This document shows positions 39,631 through 52,840 of a stretch of 64,000 nt of DNA, one piece after another. The stretch lies in NCBI GenBank assembly GCA_030770535.1, contig JASVEC010000003.1:744001-808000 (forward strand). The letters run 5' to 3'. Position 1 is the stretch's first letter. Every line of letters starts with the position of its first letter. The translations under genes were made by a program, and so were the position numbers. The notes beneath the pieces were generated by a model. It saw only the letters and a program-made list of their open reading frames with translations, had not been told where the DNA came from and ran no database searches. The stretch comes from Batkoa obscura. Lineage: Eukaryota.

Positions 39631-42226
39631 ATGAACAATCAAAATAATCAAAACATCAATATAAATAATGCTAATCCAGCTCAACCAAATAACTTACAGC
39701 AAGCTCAAAACTTGAGTCAACTTAATTTACAAAATCAATTACTTCAAAACGGTCATCATCCACAATTACAAAATACACAAGATTTTAAAGCGAGTATCAC
39801 TGCTCAAGATAGAAATGAGATAGTACTTAAGTTAGCACAATTATTTAAATTATTAAACAGTGCAAGTTCGGATAGTGAAGCATTAAATATAGCACGTAAT
39901 TTAGAAATCAATATTTATTCAAGGTCTGTAACCAAACAACAATACCTTGTAACATGTTCCCGAAAAATTAAAGAAATTGATGATAAAGTAAAACAATTAC
40001 AAGCTCAAAATATTACCCAAAATATGAATCAACAACAAAATTTAGCTCAAAGAATTCAAATGCTTCAGCATCATCAACAGCAGCAGCAGCAATTGCAAAA
40101 TACGGAAATGCTTCGACAAAGTTTACAAAATCAATATAATTTAAATCTTCAACAACAAGCAGGAAATAATGTGAATAATGTGAATCCAATGGCAGCAGCA
40201 GGAATCAATCAAAATATACTACAAAATAGAGGTTTAAATCCAAATTTAATGGGAGCTATGGCTAATTTAAATTATCGAAATAATTTTAGCCAACTTAACC
40301 CTCAAGTACAAGGTCAACCAGGTCAATTTCAATTACCAAACGGAATTACTCCAAGTCAGTTGGCTATGCTTAAAGCTAATCCAACTTTATTATCAATGTA
40401 TCAAAGGCAAGCTTTGTTAAATAATCAAGGTATAAATCAACTGAACAATTTACCTATAAATAGTCAAATGAATTTACCACAAAATCTTATCAATCAAGCT
40501 GTGACTCAGCCAAATTCGGCTATTGCTGCGGCTATTTCTCAAGTTGCTAATAGACCCACTCAACTTCAACCTAATACATTAAATTCGGCTTCACCAATGC
40601 CAACAAATCCAACTACTGGTCAATCAACTGCTACTACTGTAAATAAAGTAGCTCAACCTAATACTGCTACAGTTAATCCTTCACCTGTTGCACCAACCTC
40701 TCAACCTCGGACACAAGCTGCTGTCCCTCCCACACAAAATATTACTGTTACTTCCAGTCAGACTCAAAATACTTCAAATGCTGCAGTAGCCTCTCAACCT
40801 CGAACTTCAGAAACAAATGATGCGCCAAATATCCCTAATAGTGAAGAATTAGAAGTGATCAAACCATTTACAAGTGAAGAAATTGAAAAGACATTAGGGG
40901 AAATACAAAAATTAAAAAATATAGTACAACCTAGTAACAATCCAATACTTGAAAATGTGACTGATTCCCAACGACAAAGAGCAACAGAGTTAATAAGTAT
41001 GGCACCACGCTTTCTAAGTACTGTAGAACAATACCTTCCTATTATCTATCTTCGATGTGGATTTAAAATTTGTGGTTTTGTATTAACTGTTAGAGAAATC
41101 CTTAATCAACAAATTAAGATGGCACCAAATATTATTATGGAAGAATTTCAAATTCAAAAAATCACTAATGTTGCTAATTTTATTATTAAAGAAGTAGCCA
41201 AGTATCTTAAAGGTGTGGCTAATTGGAAAGCTCAAGAAGCTAGTAAAAATCAAAACGTTACCACTACAAATGCTGGTAACCAAGTTAGTGTGGAACAAGG
41301 GGCTAATACAATAACGAAAAAGGAGCCTCAATCTGTTCAAGATAATGCTCAAACAAGTGCAAAAAGTAAAGAAGTTAATAAGCTGGAAGAAAAATCAAAA
41401 GAAAGTAGTTCTAAAGGACTTGGTGAATTTGTAACGCATATATCAGAGTCTAAATTAACATTAAAACCACCGCCACCACCAAAAAAACCAACTATACCAT
41501 TAGAAAATGAAAAACCAACGGTTAATATAGCAAATGTTACTGTTCAACAACCTTCACAATCACAATCACAATCACAATCACAACCACAACCACAACCACC
41601 TTCACAAAAAGTGACATTAGAGCCTAAAACTTTAGTTAAAACTGTATCGTCTGAAGTAAGTAAAACTATTCCACAAGTACCAGTATCCAAATCAATTGAA
41701 ACATTAGAACAACAAGTGGAGCATATTAAAGAGGACCTTGGTACTGTATTAAAAGAAAACATTGTTTCTGAAAATCAAGGGAATATTGTTATGGTAGTTA
41801 ATCCTGAACAGGCGAAATTATTAAAAGCACAAGCAGCACGGAAAAGAGAAGAAGAAGAAGAACAAAAATACGGTGATGGTATATTAATTCGATTGGAAAG
41901 AAAAGAAAAGAAATTAAAAAAGAAAAATTCATTAGCTAAATTTGAAAAAGTGATGAATGAGTTGATGGGTAAGAAATTTTATATTAATACCATTTTTTGA
42001 GTGAATTTTTTTAATGTATTTAATTTTAGAGCACTACCCAGATTATAAAACAGTGCAACAAAGTATTAAAAGAAATGCTATCTCAAAAATGTTTTCAAAC
42101 GAGTTTCCAAATTTATTCAATGAATTGGAATTGGAATTAACATCCGAAATGAAATCAAATGCTATTTCTAAACAAGAAGTTAATGCCCTCGTTTGCTTTC
42201 CTTTTGATTGTCCAGATCAAGTTTAA
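39631..42226 (+). CDS. KIX-domain Gln/Asn-rich protein, Mediator Med15/Gal11-like
   Basis: FKASITAQDRNEIV...ARNLEINIYSRSVTKQQYL...KI matches a KIX fold and is followed by poly-Q. An intron at about 41969-42030 joins the final exon. Confidence 0.65.
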
Positions 42227-42682
42227 TAATGTAAAGCAACTTTATAGTTAAATAAACGGGAATTTGTATGGTTTATTAAATTGTTCTTTTTAAAATTTAG
42301 ACAGGGTTTGGATAAGTTATGGTTTATTTTTCTTGTTTTATAATTGAATTAAAGTTTGTATCGTTTTAGATAATAATTAGTATAAATCTCAATTTAATCG
42401 TGATTTTAATAGTTGTAATTTGAAAAGAACATAATTTTTTAGTTTATATGCTATTATTGTATTATATTAATTAGCTTAATTACAATTTTAACGATTTACG
42501 CAAACAGTTAAATAAAACAATACATCATGAACAACTAATATTAAAGGAGTATGAAATTCAAAAGTGAAGCAGAAAGCACATGGTTAATATTGTTTATAGA
42601 TTAGAACTCTATAAAAATCGACAATGATATAATAAAAGTTTATAAAGTGTTTATTCTTGAATTTAATAAAAATATTAACTAT

Positions 42683-43699
42683 TTATTCAAGTATTTCTTC
42701 ACGGTTTAAACACCTTGATAAATAGCTAAGCATTTGTTCAAAAAAATGGATGCAATCAGCTGCAGTTATCTCTGATAAAATATTGTCGATAATTCCAAAA
42801 AACTCTTTTTCAGTTTGTGCTTCTTTTGCTTTAATTAACTCTATCCATTTGGTATACGTATGCTCAACAGGATTTAAAAACGAAGAGTTAGGTGGTAAAC
42901 ACATCAATCTATGGCCTTTTGATACAATTAGTTTTTTGATGCTTGGATCTTTTTCAATGTATGCACTATCCATAATTATTATAGCTTCAGATATATTTGT
43001 TTTTGCCAATTTCTCAACAACTGACTTGATGAATTGGTTAAATGTATCAGTAAAAAAGCGTCTTAATTGACTCTTATATTCTATTATTCCATACTTACTC
43101 ATAGCACAACACATGGATGTATTTATGGTACGAGCCCTGGAAATCGCTCTATCCCTTTTTCCTTTTTCAGTCAAATTTTTATTTATACGTATCAAAACAT
43201 TAAACGTTGCTTCATTAATAAATATGACTTTGGAATCAATAAATTTTACTATGTCGTTAAAAAAAGTATCAGCATAAAAAGCTCGAAGCTCCAAAAAAGT
43301 TGAATCATTGCTCTGAGGTGGTGGATCAACACGTTTAAGAGAGTAATTAAACTCACTCACATTCATACTTATAATTCTTTCACTTACTGACACTCCCATT
43401 TCATTCTGCAGCCTTCTACTTATCTCTTTTATTGGCATATCAAGATCTTCATCAATACAAGATTGTATAAACTCCCTCTGGATTTCTGGTAAAATTACCT
43501 TAGTAGCTTCTCTTGGTCCAATTTTTGGTTTTCTTCTATAGTCCTCGCCATCTATATATTTCTTTACAATAGACTGAACTGTCCTTGCATTAAGAGCTAA
43601 AACTCTAGCAATACTTGTCGCATTGGATCCATTGACATACGCATCAATGATCCTTTCTCTTTCTTCATTAGTAATAGGCTTGCTTCTCTTCTTGAGCAT
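42683..43699 (-). CDS. IS630/Tc1-like transposase-derived protein, array copy 1 (intact, 338 aa)
   Basis: Start at ATG 43699 (MLKKRSKP) by alignment with paralogues; FINEATF, IMDSA, PPNSSFLNPVE. Confidence 0.85.
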   Translation of the reverse strand: MLKKRSKPITNEERERIIDAYVNGSNATSIARVLALNARTVQSIVKKYIDGEDYRRKPKIGPREATKVILPEIQREFIQSCIDEDLDMPIKEISRRLQNEMGVSVSERIISMNVSEFNYSLKRVDPPPQSNDSTFLELRAFYADTFFNDIVKFIDSKVIFINEATFNVLIRINKNLTEKGKRDRAISRARTINTSMCCAMSKYGIIEYKSQLRRFFTDTFNQFIKSVVEKLAKTNISEAIIIMDSAYIEKDPSIKKLIVSKGHRLMCLPPNSSFLNPVEHTYTKWIELIKAKEAQTEKEFFGIIDNILSEITAADCIHFFEQMLSYLSRCLNREEILE

Positions 43700-45877
43700 G
43701 TGTAATTTTCGTAAAAAGGTAAAAAATAACGTCGAAAATTTAATTTTTATACAACATTTATAACCTAAAAGCGTATTAAGTTTTAATAAATCATTGCCAA
43801 TAAAATAGAATGAATCCATTACTTATCAGCAAATCAGAGTATATTTGCTTGATGATATTGATAAAAAACTTGATTTGGCAAAATCCGGCTAATTTGTATC
43901 ATTATAGCTGTTGCAACTCTAGCGACTTTTTTAGTAGCAGTTTTTATGATTAAACTATCTTTGTATCTTTTTTTCGAAGCCCAATCTTTATATCTATGAT
44001 ATACTTTATTTTCTTTTCTTGAATGAGTAGTTACTAAGTTTGTAAAAGAGTTTCAACAACTGTAAAGTGGCTATATTTTTGATCCCAAGATGCAAAACAA
44101 AACAGTAATTTGAGTTCGATATTCTGTATTTTTAAAATTAGTATGGAAAACAATGTCCAAAATAGTTATTCACCGGTGCCCTTAAAATACCAAAAAATTG
44201 AATAATGATCTTATTCAAAATATTAACGTGAGCTTGTATTTTTGCAACTTTTTACATTCTATACTCAACAAACTCAAACTTGAAATATTATCATAAATAG
44301 ATATTCGGCAGCTTTAAAATGTAAACTTTACTCAAATGGATGATAACAGCCAATTAATATGCATGGGTCATAAGTAAGTTATATGTAACATGAATTAAAC
44401 TTTCAACTGATACCAAAATATGCTTCAATGCGAGATAGAAAAACAAAGGGCTCTACTTTATTCAGTGTGTCAAGAGGAGGTGAGAGTAGATGTAAAAAAA
44501 AAGAAACTGTAAATTGAAGTTAAAGTAACAAAAAAAGTTTTCATGGCTCGATAAATTAAAAAGTTGTCAGGTAAAAAACTAACCAAACCAAAATAAAAGA
44601 GAGTAATAATATAACTAAATATTTGGAGCAAAGTTAATACGAACATAAGTATCCTCAGACACTCTATGTTCTAAAAAAATCCGCTAAGAAGCAAGTTTTT
44701 ATTGGATAAATTTAAGCAGCTATTTGTTGGATTAGGTGCTAATAGTTAGAAACGTAAAACATGCTTTACTATCTTTTATGAAGCAAAATATATCTTAGTT
44801 ATACACTATGATGGATGAGTACATAGAATTAAAAAGAAGTTAGTTATAAACTACAACTAGGATTGAAGATGCTGGTGATATGAAAATGATAGAGCATAAA
44901 AGAAAAGCATTTTTTATTATAATTAAAGTTGTTTCATGACTTTTAACAGCCTCTTTTTCTTAATTTTAATAAACCAAGCAAAGTAATGCTATCAAAGAGA
45001 CTTCTAATGTTCGTATATTTTAACTTAGATGGTCCTTTTTGAATAGTATTTCATTGCCAAAAAGTAATCATAGCTAAAATTAATTTATTCGTAGTAAGTT
45101 ATTACAAATTGATAGTATATTCGAGATAAAGAGTATTGGTAGAGTTGTATTAGCTTTATGAGAACTGATATAAAGTGCAACTACATTAGATAGCCATATC
45201 AAATATTGGATTATTTAAATACATTAACCTTTGGTAAAAGAATTAATATTAAGACAAATCATAAATCCTTATTGTACTACTAATATCTAAGCAACATTTT
45301 ATAATAAAAGCTGGTAAGTTTTGGTTGATCTGTTTATATTTTCTTTTGTAGCAAACAATACAGTATTGAATCCTATAGTAAAATCTTAGATATCTTTAAC
45401 TTGCTGGAAACAATTATTAATAAGCTTTATCACTTCTTGATAGTTAAAGTTAAATAGCTTGTATTCAACCTAAAAAAATTGGATAAAATACCTTATTATA
45501 GGCACTTTTTTACTTGTAAGAATATGTCTTCAAATGAGTTACGAGATAGCCACCTTTACTTCTAAAATTCAGAGGATATGTTTTGGTATAACATGTTATA
45601 TCAAAGAGCTGGAAAAGAGAAGTTACTAGTTACATCATGATGTACTTATGTAAAGGGATAAGTTGTTAGTTTAGGTAATAGTTATAAGGTATTAGTATTT
45701 TTCAATATTTAACTTTTTTAAGTTTGATTTTATCTCAATATGATTTTAACTATTTGATTTTTAAAGGTAAGTCAGTGTGATATTAACAAAAGATAAATAT
45801 GGCTTGGAATATATCGAAATCTAAAAACAAAGATTCGAAATTTTAAAATGAAAATAGACTAAATTTAAACGTATTAT

Positions 45878-46897
45878 TTATTGCTTAAGTATCTCTTCTC
45901 TATTTAAACATTTTGGTAAATAACTAAGCATATGTTTAAAAAAACGACTACAATCAGTCCCAGTTATTTTCGAAAAAACAGTGTCAATAAGTTCAAATAG
46001 CTCCTTGTCACTTTGTGGATCTTTCTCTCGAATTAATTCTATCCACTTGGTATACATACCCTCAATAGGATTTAAAAATGAACAGTTAGGTGGTAAGCAT
46101 ATCAATCTGTGACCTTTGGATTCAATAAGAACTTTGATGCTTGGATGTTTATTAACACATTCATTATCCATAATTATTGTGGCCTCTGATATTTTTGTCT
46201 TTGCTAATTTGGTAACAACCGACTCAACAAAGTTTTCATACGATTCCGTGGTATATCGTTTTAATTGAGTATGATATGCTAGAATTCCATGCTTACTCAT
46301 AGCACAGCATATTGATACAATTTTTTTGAAGGGTCTAGCTTTTAATTTTTCCTTTTCTCCTTTTTCAGTTATACTTTTATTTACACGTGTTGTTACATTA
46401 AACGCATCTTCATTAATAAATATAACTTTAGCGTCAATAAATTTTAATACGTTATTTATAAAAATATTAGCATAAGAAGCTCGAATTCCCAAAGTATCCA
46501 TGTCATTATTCTGAAGGGGTGGATCAATACGTATAAAAGAGTAATTGAAGTTCTTTAGATTTTTTTTAACCTTTTCCCAACTTACCTTCACCCCCATTTC
46601 ATCCTGAAATCTCTTAACAATACTTTTTATTGACAAATTACAATCTTCGTCAATCCAAGATTGCATCAATTTTCTTTGAGGTTCTGACATAGTTTCTTTG
46701 GTATATCCACGTTCTCCAATTTTTGGTTTTCTTCTATAATCCTCCCCATCAATATATTTCTTTACAATAGATTGAACCGTCCTTTCGTTAAAACACAAGA
46801 CTTTAGCAATACTCGTTGCATTAGATCCATTTATATACGCTTCAACAATCCTTTCTCTATCATCGTTGCTAAGTTTCTTGTAGTTTGCTTTGGGCAT
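45878..46897 (-). CDS. IS630/Tc1-like transposase-derived protein, array copy 2 (intact)
   Basis: FINEDAF; IMDNE followed by 34 residues to the final E; PPNCSFLNPIE. Confidence 0.85.
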   Translation of the reverse strand: MPKANYKKLSNDDRERIVEAYINGSNATSIAKVLCFNERTVQSIVKKYIDGEDYRRKPKIGERGYTKETMSEPQRKLMQSWIDEDCNLSIKSIVKRFQDEMGVKVSWEKVKKNLKNFNYSFIRIDPPLQNNDMDTLGIRASYANIFINNVLKFIDAKVIFINEDAFNVTTRVNKSITEKGEKEKLKARPFKKIVSICCAMSKHGILAYHTQLKRYTTESYENFVESVVTKLAKTKISEATIIMDNECVNKHPSIKVLIESKGHRLICLPPNCSFLNPIEGMYTKWIELIREKDPQSDKELFELIDTVFSKITGTDCSRFFKHMLSYLPKCLNREEILKQ

Positions 46898-49043
46898 TTA
46901 AACTTTCGTGAACTGAAAAATAGTGAATAAAAGTTAATTTATTTACGCTAGCTTCAGTTTGAAATTGTCAAATTATAAAAGCTGTTCCGAATAAAATTAC
47001 GTGAATCCGTCAATTATTAGCAAATTAAAATTTTTGGTTAATGACGTATGATATTTTTTTGATTTGCACTATTTAAATTGTCAGATTTTATCAGAACAGT
47101 TAGCAGTTAATTTTTTCGTTGTTTTTAAACTGTGGCTAAATTCTGTTTAGTATGAATTAAAGAACGAAAAAAAGTATGTCCTTAGGTCAAATTAAAGTTT
47201 TTGCTACAAATCAACAATGAAGATATTTAACTGCAAGCCGTTCTAGCCAGGCAAAATGCAAATAAACCAAGAATCTTGGGTTGGATATGAGCTACTCTCA
47301 TATTTGATGTGAAAAGCAGTTTTCGAAATAATTGTTGAATGAGTGACCTTTAAATAGCAAAAAACGGTGCAGCAATTTTACTTAAAATATTAATATGAGT
47401 ACGAATTTTTAATCATTTTAACTTTTATATACTTAAACTCAAAACAATGTTATCGATGGATAAAGCAGTCAACTAATGTAATGATTTTTATTCAAAGGGA
47501 TAATGATAACCGCCTTGATATTTCAGATTTTCTGCTAAGTTAAACATATCACTTTAAACAAATTTTCAACTGATGTCAAAGTTCCTTAGATGTAAAATAG
47601 AACGGTAAAGGTGTTACAATATTCAGTGTAAAAAGGAGAATAGTATAGATACAAGATAGCAGGAAAGTGTAAAAGTTGAGGTCAAGGTAGTAGAAAAAGA
47701 TAAAGCTTATTTGGTTTGATATTTAAGAGAGTTGGTAAGTTGGAATCTAACTAAACCAGTATTAATAAAAGAGATGGAATAACTAAAATACTTGGAGTAA
47801 AACTGTTTCGAGGATGGGCTCTATTAAATGTTCCATGTGCCCAAAAAATATGCCAAAGAGTAAGTTTTTATTCTATTATCTCGAAAGATTCAAGGTCGAA
47901 TTAGATTCTATTAGTCAAGAATGGGATGAGCATAGTTTATGTCTGAATTGCGAAGTAACATATATTGGAGAATAGCTATGTTGAAAGAATAAATGGAACA
48001 AAAAAGAAACTTGTCAGAAACTATACTTAAGGTCAAAGATACCAGTGACTTGAAAGTACAGAAGCATAAAAGTAGAGCACTTTTGTTTTGGCTAAGGTAT
48101 ATTTTTAACATTTTAGACGGTCAAAATTTCCTAACATAGAAAAACAAAAGTATAATTGCTAAAAAAAGTTTCTAGCATTTGTATATTTTAATATGAAAGG
48201 GTCCTTATCGAATAGCACTTTATTCTCAAAAAACAAACATAGATATAGTTTATTTATTCGTAGTAAGTTATTACAAAGTCATAATACACCTGAAATAAAG
48301 AGTTTTGCTAAAGTTTCATTAGCTTTAAAAAGCAAGTGTAAAGTATGATTACGTCAAATAACCATCAAATAATTAACCGAGTTTAAATTGTCATTACTAT
48401 CCTTTAATAAACAAACTAAAACTTATGATTTATAGACTTAAAATCAGTTGTTTTATGATTCCTCTATTTATATATACTATTGACCCCAAAGTCTAGAAGT
48501 TTTGTTTAGTATGATCGATTTTTTATTATTTAAAAATGCAGTATCAAGCCTTACAATGTGATCCAAAACATCATTGGTTTGTTGGAAGTAATTACTAGCA
48601 AGCTCCACTACCTCTTGATGGCTATTTTTGCGTAACTTGAGTCAATTTAAAAGGAGTTTGGTGTAAAGCATTATAGTGTAGCATATTCTCTACATATAAA
48701 GATATAAATTTTGTATCGAATTTTCAGATAGACATTGCTACTTCTAGAGAATGTGATCAAATCCCTTTAATATAACTATTTTATGTCAAACACTTAAAAA
48801 GATAGCCTTTGACAATATTATGATATCCCTGTGCAAAAGTAAACTGAAACGAAGGTATAGCCTTATAATCATGCGCTATAATATTTTCGCATTGTTTGTG
48901 CATTTGATTTCACGTTATTACAATTTTTAACTACTGTTATATATATAATGGCGTTATATTAAGGCAGAAAAACTCTGTTTAAAACATCTCAATAAAAAAT
49001 AAAAAATTTAAAACAAAGCATAAATTAGACTTAAACATATCAT

Positions 49044-50108
49044 TTAATAATCAAGTATCGCTTCTTTTCTCATACATCTTGGTAGGAAACGTAACATAGC
49101 ATCATAAAAACAGTTACAATCATTACCGCTTATTTCTGATAGAGCACTATCGATAGCTTCAAACAATTCTTTCTCATTTTCTGGATCTTTTTCCCGAATC
49201 AACTGAATCCATCTAGAATACATAGACTCAATAGGATTTAAAAACAGAGAATTTGACGGTAGGCAAATCAACCTGTGTCCGTTTGATCCAATGAGTCCTC
49301 TGATATTTGGATCCTTATCAACGTATTCAGTATCCATGATTATCATAGCTCCTGATACGTTCGTTTGAGCAAATTTGATAATAATTGATTCAACAAACTG
49401 ATAAAAGGATTCAGTATCAAAAGGATTTGCTTGAGTCTGATATTTAACTATACCATTTTTACTCATTGCACAACAGATTGATCTATCCTTTGTTTGAAAC
49501 CCGCGGCCAAGGGGACCAGATTTCTTTTCTTTAATTGCTTTAACTTTAAATTTTTTGCGCATTGTAACTGAAAAGGTTGCTTCATTTATAAAAAATAGTT
49601 TGGAATCATCAATCCTTGGTATTTGATTGAGAAAAAAATTGGCATAATAGGCTCGTGTTTCTAAAGTTGACAAACTATTGTCCTGGGGAACAAAATTGGT
49701 ATTTTGAGGAGCAGAATCTTTGTTCTGTGAAATTGAATACACACGCTTAAAAGAGAAGTGAAACTCTTTTAGATAGCTTAAGATGGTAGTCAAGCTTGCA
49801 TTTATCCCCATTTCATTCATAATTTTTTCTTTTAATGTTTTTAATATGATAGTACAGTCTTCATCAACCCAAGAGCGAACTGTATTTAATTGGTCATCTG
49901 ATATGCGTCTTTTAGAACCTCCTTTCGGCTTCCTACTATAATCTTTCCCCTGGGTATACATTCTTATAAGACCATGAACAGAAGTACGGCAGAACCCCAT
50001 CACTTTGACAATTTGTGCTGCACTATTCCCATTAATATAGGATCTAACAATCCTTTCTCTATCTTCATTAGTGATAGACTTGTATTTCTTTTGGTTTGTA
50101 GATGACAT
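49044..50108 (-). CDS. IS630/Tc1-like transposase-derived protein, array copy 3 (intact)
   Basis: FINEATF, IMDTE, PSNSLFLNPIE; carries a small in-frame internal duplication. Confidence 0.85.
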   Translation of the reverse strand: MSSTNQKKYKSITNEDRERIVRSYINGNSAAQIVKVMGFCRTSVHGLIRMYTQGKDYSRKPKGGSKRRISDDQLNTVRSWVDEDCTIILKTLKEKIMNEMGINASLTTILSYLKEFHFSFKRVYSISQNKDSAPQNTNFVPQDNSLSTLETRAYYANFFLNQIPRIDDSKLFFINEATFSVTMRKKFKVKAIKEKKSGPLGRGFQTKDRSICCAMSKNGIVKYQTQANPFDTESFYQFVESIIIKFAQTNVSGAMIIMDTEYVDKDPNIRGLIGSNGHRLICLPSNSLFLNPIESMYSRWIQLIREKDPENEKELFEAIDSALSEISGNDCNCFYDAMLRFLPRCMRKEAILDY

Positions 50109-50449
50109 TCAAAACTTAAAAAAAGAATAAGTTAGCTTTCTTATTTTTATGAATTTAGTTGTTTTTTGATTAGATAATTTTGTTAGCAAATTCTAAATTT
50201 TTGCTAAATTCAAAATAAACAAGTGAACACACGTTATAATGGAAAGAGTCGTTACCACCATTAATTTAGTATTTGGTATTGTATTGTAATATTTTGTAGA
50301 TATAGTTGATTGATCTAATAAGAAATTACTGGAAAGTATCAGCTTACAAAAAAATAAGTATGACGTAAGAATACATTAAAATTCATTAACTGAAAAAAAA
50401 ATAAAGCTATGAAATCTAACTTAACTGTATTAATCATATATTTCTTAAT

Positions 50450-51324
50450 TTCTAATATATATTGGTATAAAGCTGAACGTGCACCCATAAAAATACTTAC
50501 AATCATTACCAGTTATTTCTGATAAAACACTATTAGCAACTCTAACAACTCATTCTCATTTTCATGGACTCTTGCTTTAACTAATTGATCCATTTGGTGT
50601 ATATGTCTTCAATAAGATTAAAAACGGAGAGTTGGATGGTAAATATATCAACTTATATCATTTTGATTCAATAAAACCTTTTTTATTTGTATCCTTATCA
50701 ATTTATTTGTTATCTATTATGACTATCGCTCCTTATATGTTCATTTTTATTGATTTGGCAATAACTGATATAACAAATTGATAGGATAATTCACCATTAA
50801 AAAGTAATAATTAAATTTGATAACCAACTAACTCATTTAAACTCGTTGCACAACATATAGATACAATTCTCTTACAAAACCCATCACTGTGAGAGGCTGT
50901 TCTCACTTTAGTTATAACATTTACTTTGTCTCATTAAACATTAAATGAAATCTCACTTGAAATAACTTTAGAGTAGACAAACTTTAATACAATATTTATA
51001 AAACTACTAACGTAAAAGGTTCAAAATCCCTAAGCAGAAAAAACTTGTTTCTAAATGTTAAATTGATAGACTTAAAAGTGTAACTAAGTCCTTTATAGTA
51101 TTGCTATAATTTGCTGACTTGCATTTACCCTCCTTTCATTCAACTATTCGTTCTGCATTACTTTCCATCAGCGTATTTTTTATAATTCTTTGAATAGTAG
51201 AATGGCTGAAGTCCACTGGTTTGATAACTTCTGGTGTACTGAGTTTATTAATATAAGAGTTAGTGATTCTTTCTCTACCTCCAGTATTAATGTTTTTGTG
51301 ATTATTTATTGTTTTGGTTGACAT
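50450..51324 (-). pseudogene. Array copy 4, heavily decayed
   Basis: The N-terminus is recognisable (RERITNSYIN...STIQRIIK). Remnants of ICCA and PSNSPFL..IE lie at 50590-50860, with many stops and frameshifts. The left boundary is approximate. Confidence 0.75.
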
Positions 51325-51675
51325 TTAGACTAAAGTTAATAATGAAATTACTTTAGACCTTTTTTATATTGAAACCAAAAGCTGCTTGCTTAAATAATAA
51401 ATTAAATAATTTTGTTAAATCTTGAATTGATTAAATAATAAACAGCATGGTGAAGCAGGAATTATGATTATAATTATAATTGTCTTATCCTTACTTTATT
51501 ATGTGTCTAATTAATCATTGTAATTTTATGTTCTGGAGTTGTTTTTTTATAAATACAACAGTCTAAGGTATTTTATTAACAAAGAGCAAGTATGAGGAAG
51601 GTATTCGTAAATTTTACAAACTGAGAAATGAATTAAAGTAGTGAAATAAACATTTAAATAATAGCCTATGCTTTA

Positions 51676-52720
51676 TTATTCGGGAATCACTTCTTTTTTC
51701 ATACATCTAGGTAAAAAACGTAGCATAGTATCATAAAAAAAGACAATCATTACTTGTTATCTCTAATAGAGCACTATCAAACATACCAAATAACACTCTC
51801 TCACATTGTGGATCTTTTTCCTCGATTAACTGTATCCATTTAGAGTGCATGGCCTCAATAGGGTTTAAAAACAAAGAGTAAGGTGGTAAGAAAATTAACC
51901 AATTTCCATTTGATCCAGTGAGTCCTCTGGTATTTAGATCTTTATCAATATAGTCATTGTCCATGATTACCATTATATCTGTTATGTTTATTTGAATAAA
52001 TTTGATAATAATTGATTCAATAAACTTATAAAGGACTCAATATTGGAACGGTTTACTTGAGTTTTGTATCTGGTCATTCCGTTTTTACTCATGGCATAAC
52101 ACATTGATCTATCCACTATTTGGAATCCAGGATCAAAGGGACTAGATTTCTTGTTTTTTATTTCCTCCTTTTTAAGCTTTTTACACATTGTAACAAAGAA
52201 CGTGCTTCATTTACGAAAAAAACCTTTAGAATTATAAGCCTTGATATTTGGTTAAGGAAGATGTTAGCATAGTGAGATCTCATTTTCAAAGTAGCCAAAC
52301 TGTTATCCTGAGGAATAAGATTGTGATATTGATTAGTTAAATAAATACGCTTAAAAGAATAACTAAATGGTTTTATACGATTTGATATAGTTGTTCTGGC
52401 TACACTTACCCCCGCTTCATCTAACAGCTTCTTTTTTAATGGTTTCAGTGTGATTTCACAATCTTCATCAATCCAAGTTTGTATAAGTTTTTCTTCAGTA
52501 TCTGATAAAGCTTTTGTAACAGGTTTTGGCACCGCTCTTGGCTTTTGTGTATAACTTTTCCCCTCAAGGTATCTTTTTGTAATTTCATAAACAATATATT
52601 TTTTGTAGCCCATTACACTGATAATTTTTAGTGCACTGTTTCTATTAATATAAGGTGTAGCAGTCCTTTCTCTATCTTCATTATTGGCAGTGTACTTTTC
52701 TTTTCAGTTTTAGATTTCGT
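51676..52720 (-). pseudogene. Array copy 5, frameshifted
   Basis: Three consecutive ORF fragments align to the paralogues (FVNEA, IMDND, PPYSLFLNPIE); the start codon appears mutated to ACG. Confidence 0.85.
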
Positions 52721-52809
52721 TTGAATTTAGAAAAGCAAAGATATAGTTAAATTTTGGACTTTTTAAATTATTTTTAATTGAAAGTATACTATTTGATCGT
52801 TTTTTAGAA

Positions 52810-52840
<31 letters not shown>

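Noticed and set aside
43700..43819. 40-aa N-terminal extension of array copy 1 in the ORF track
   Set aside because: Paralogues start at the position of ATG 43699, and the extension overlaps the conserved upstream non-coding element.
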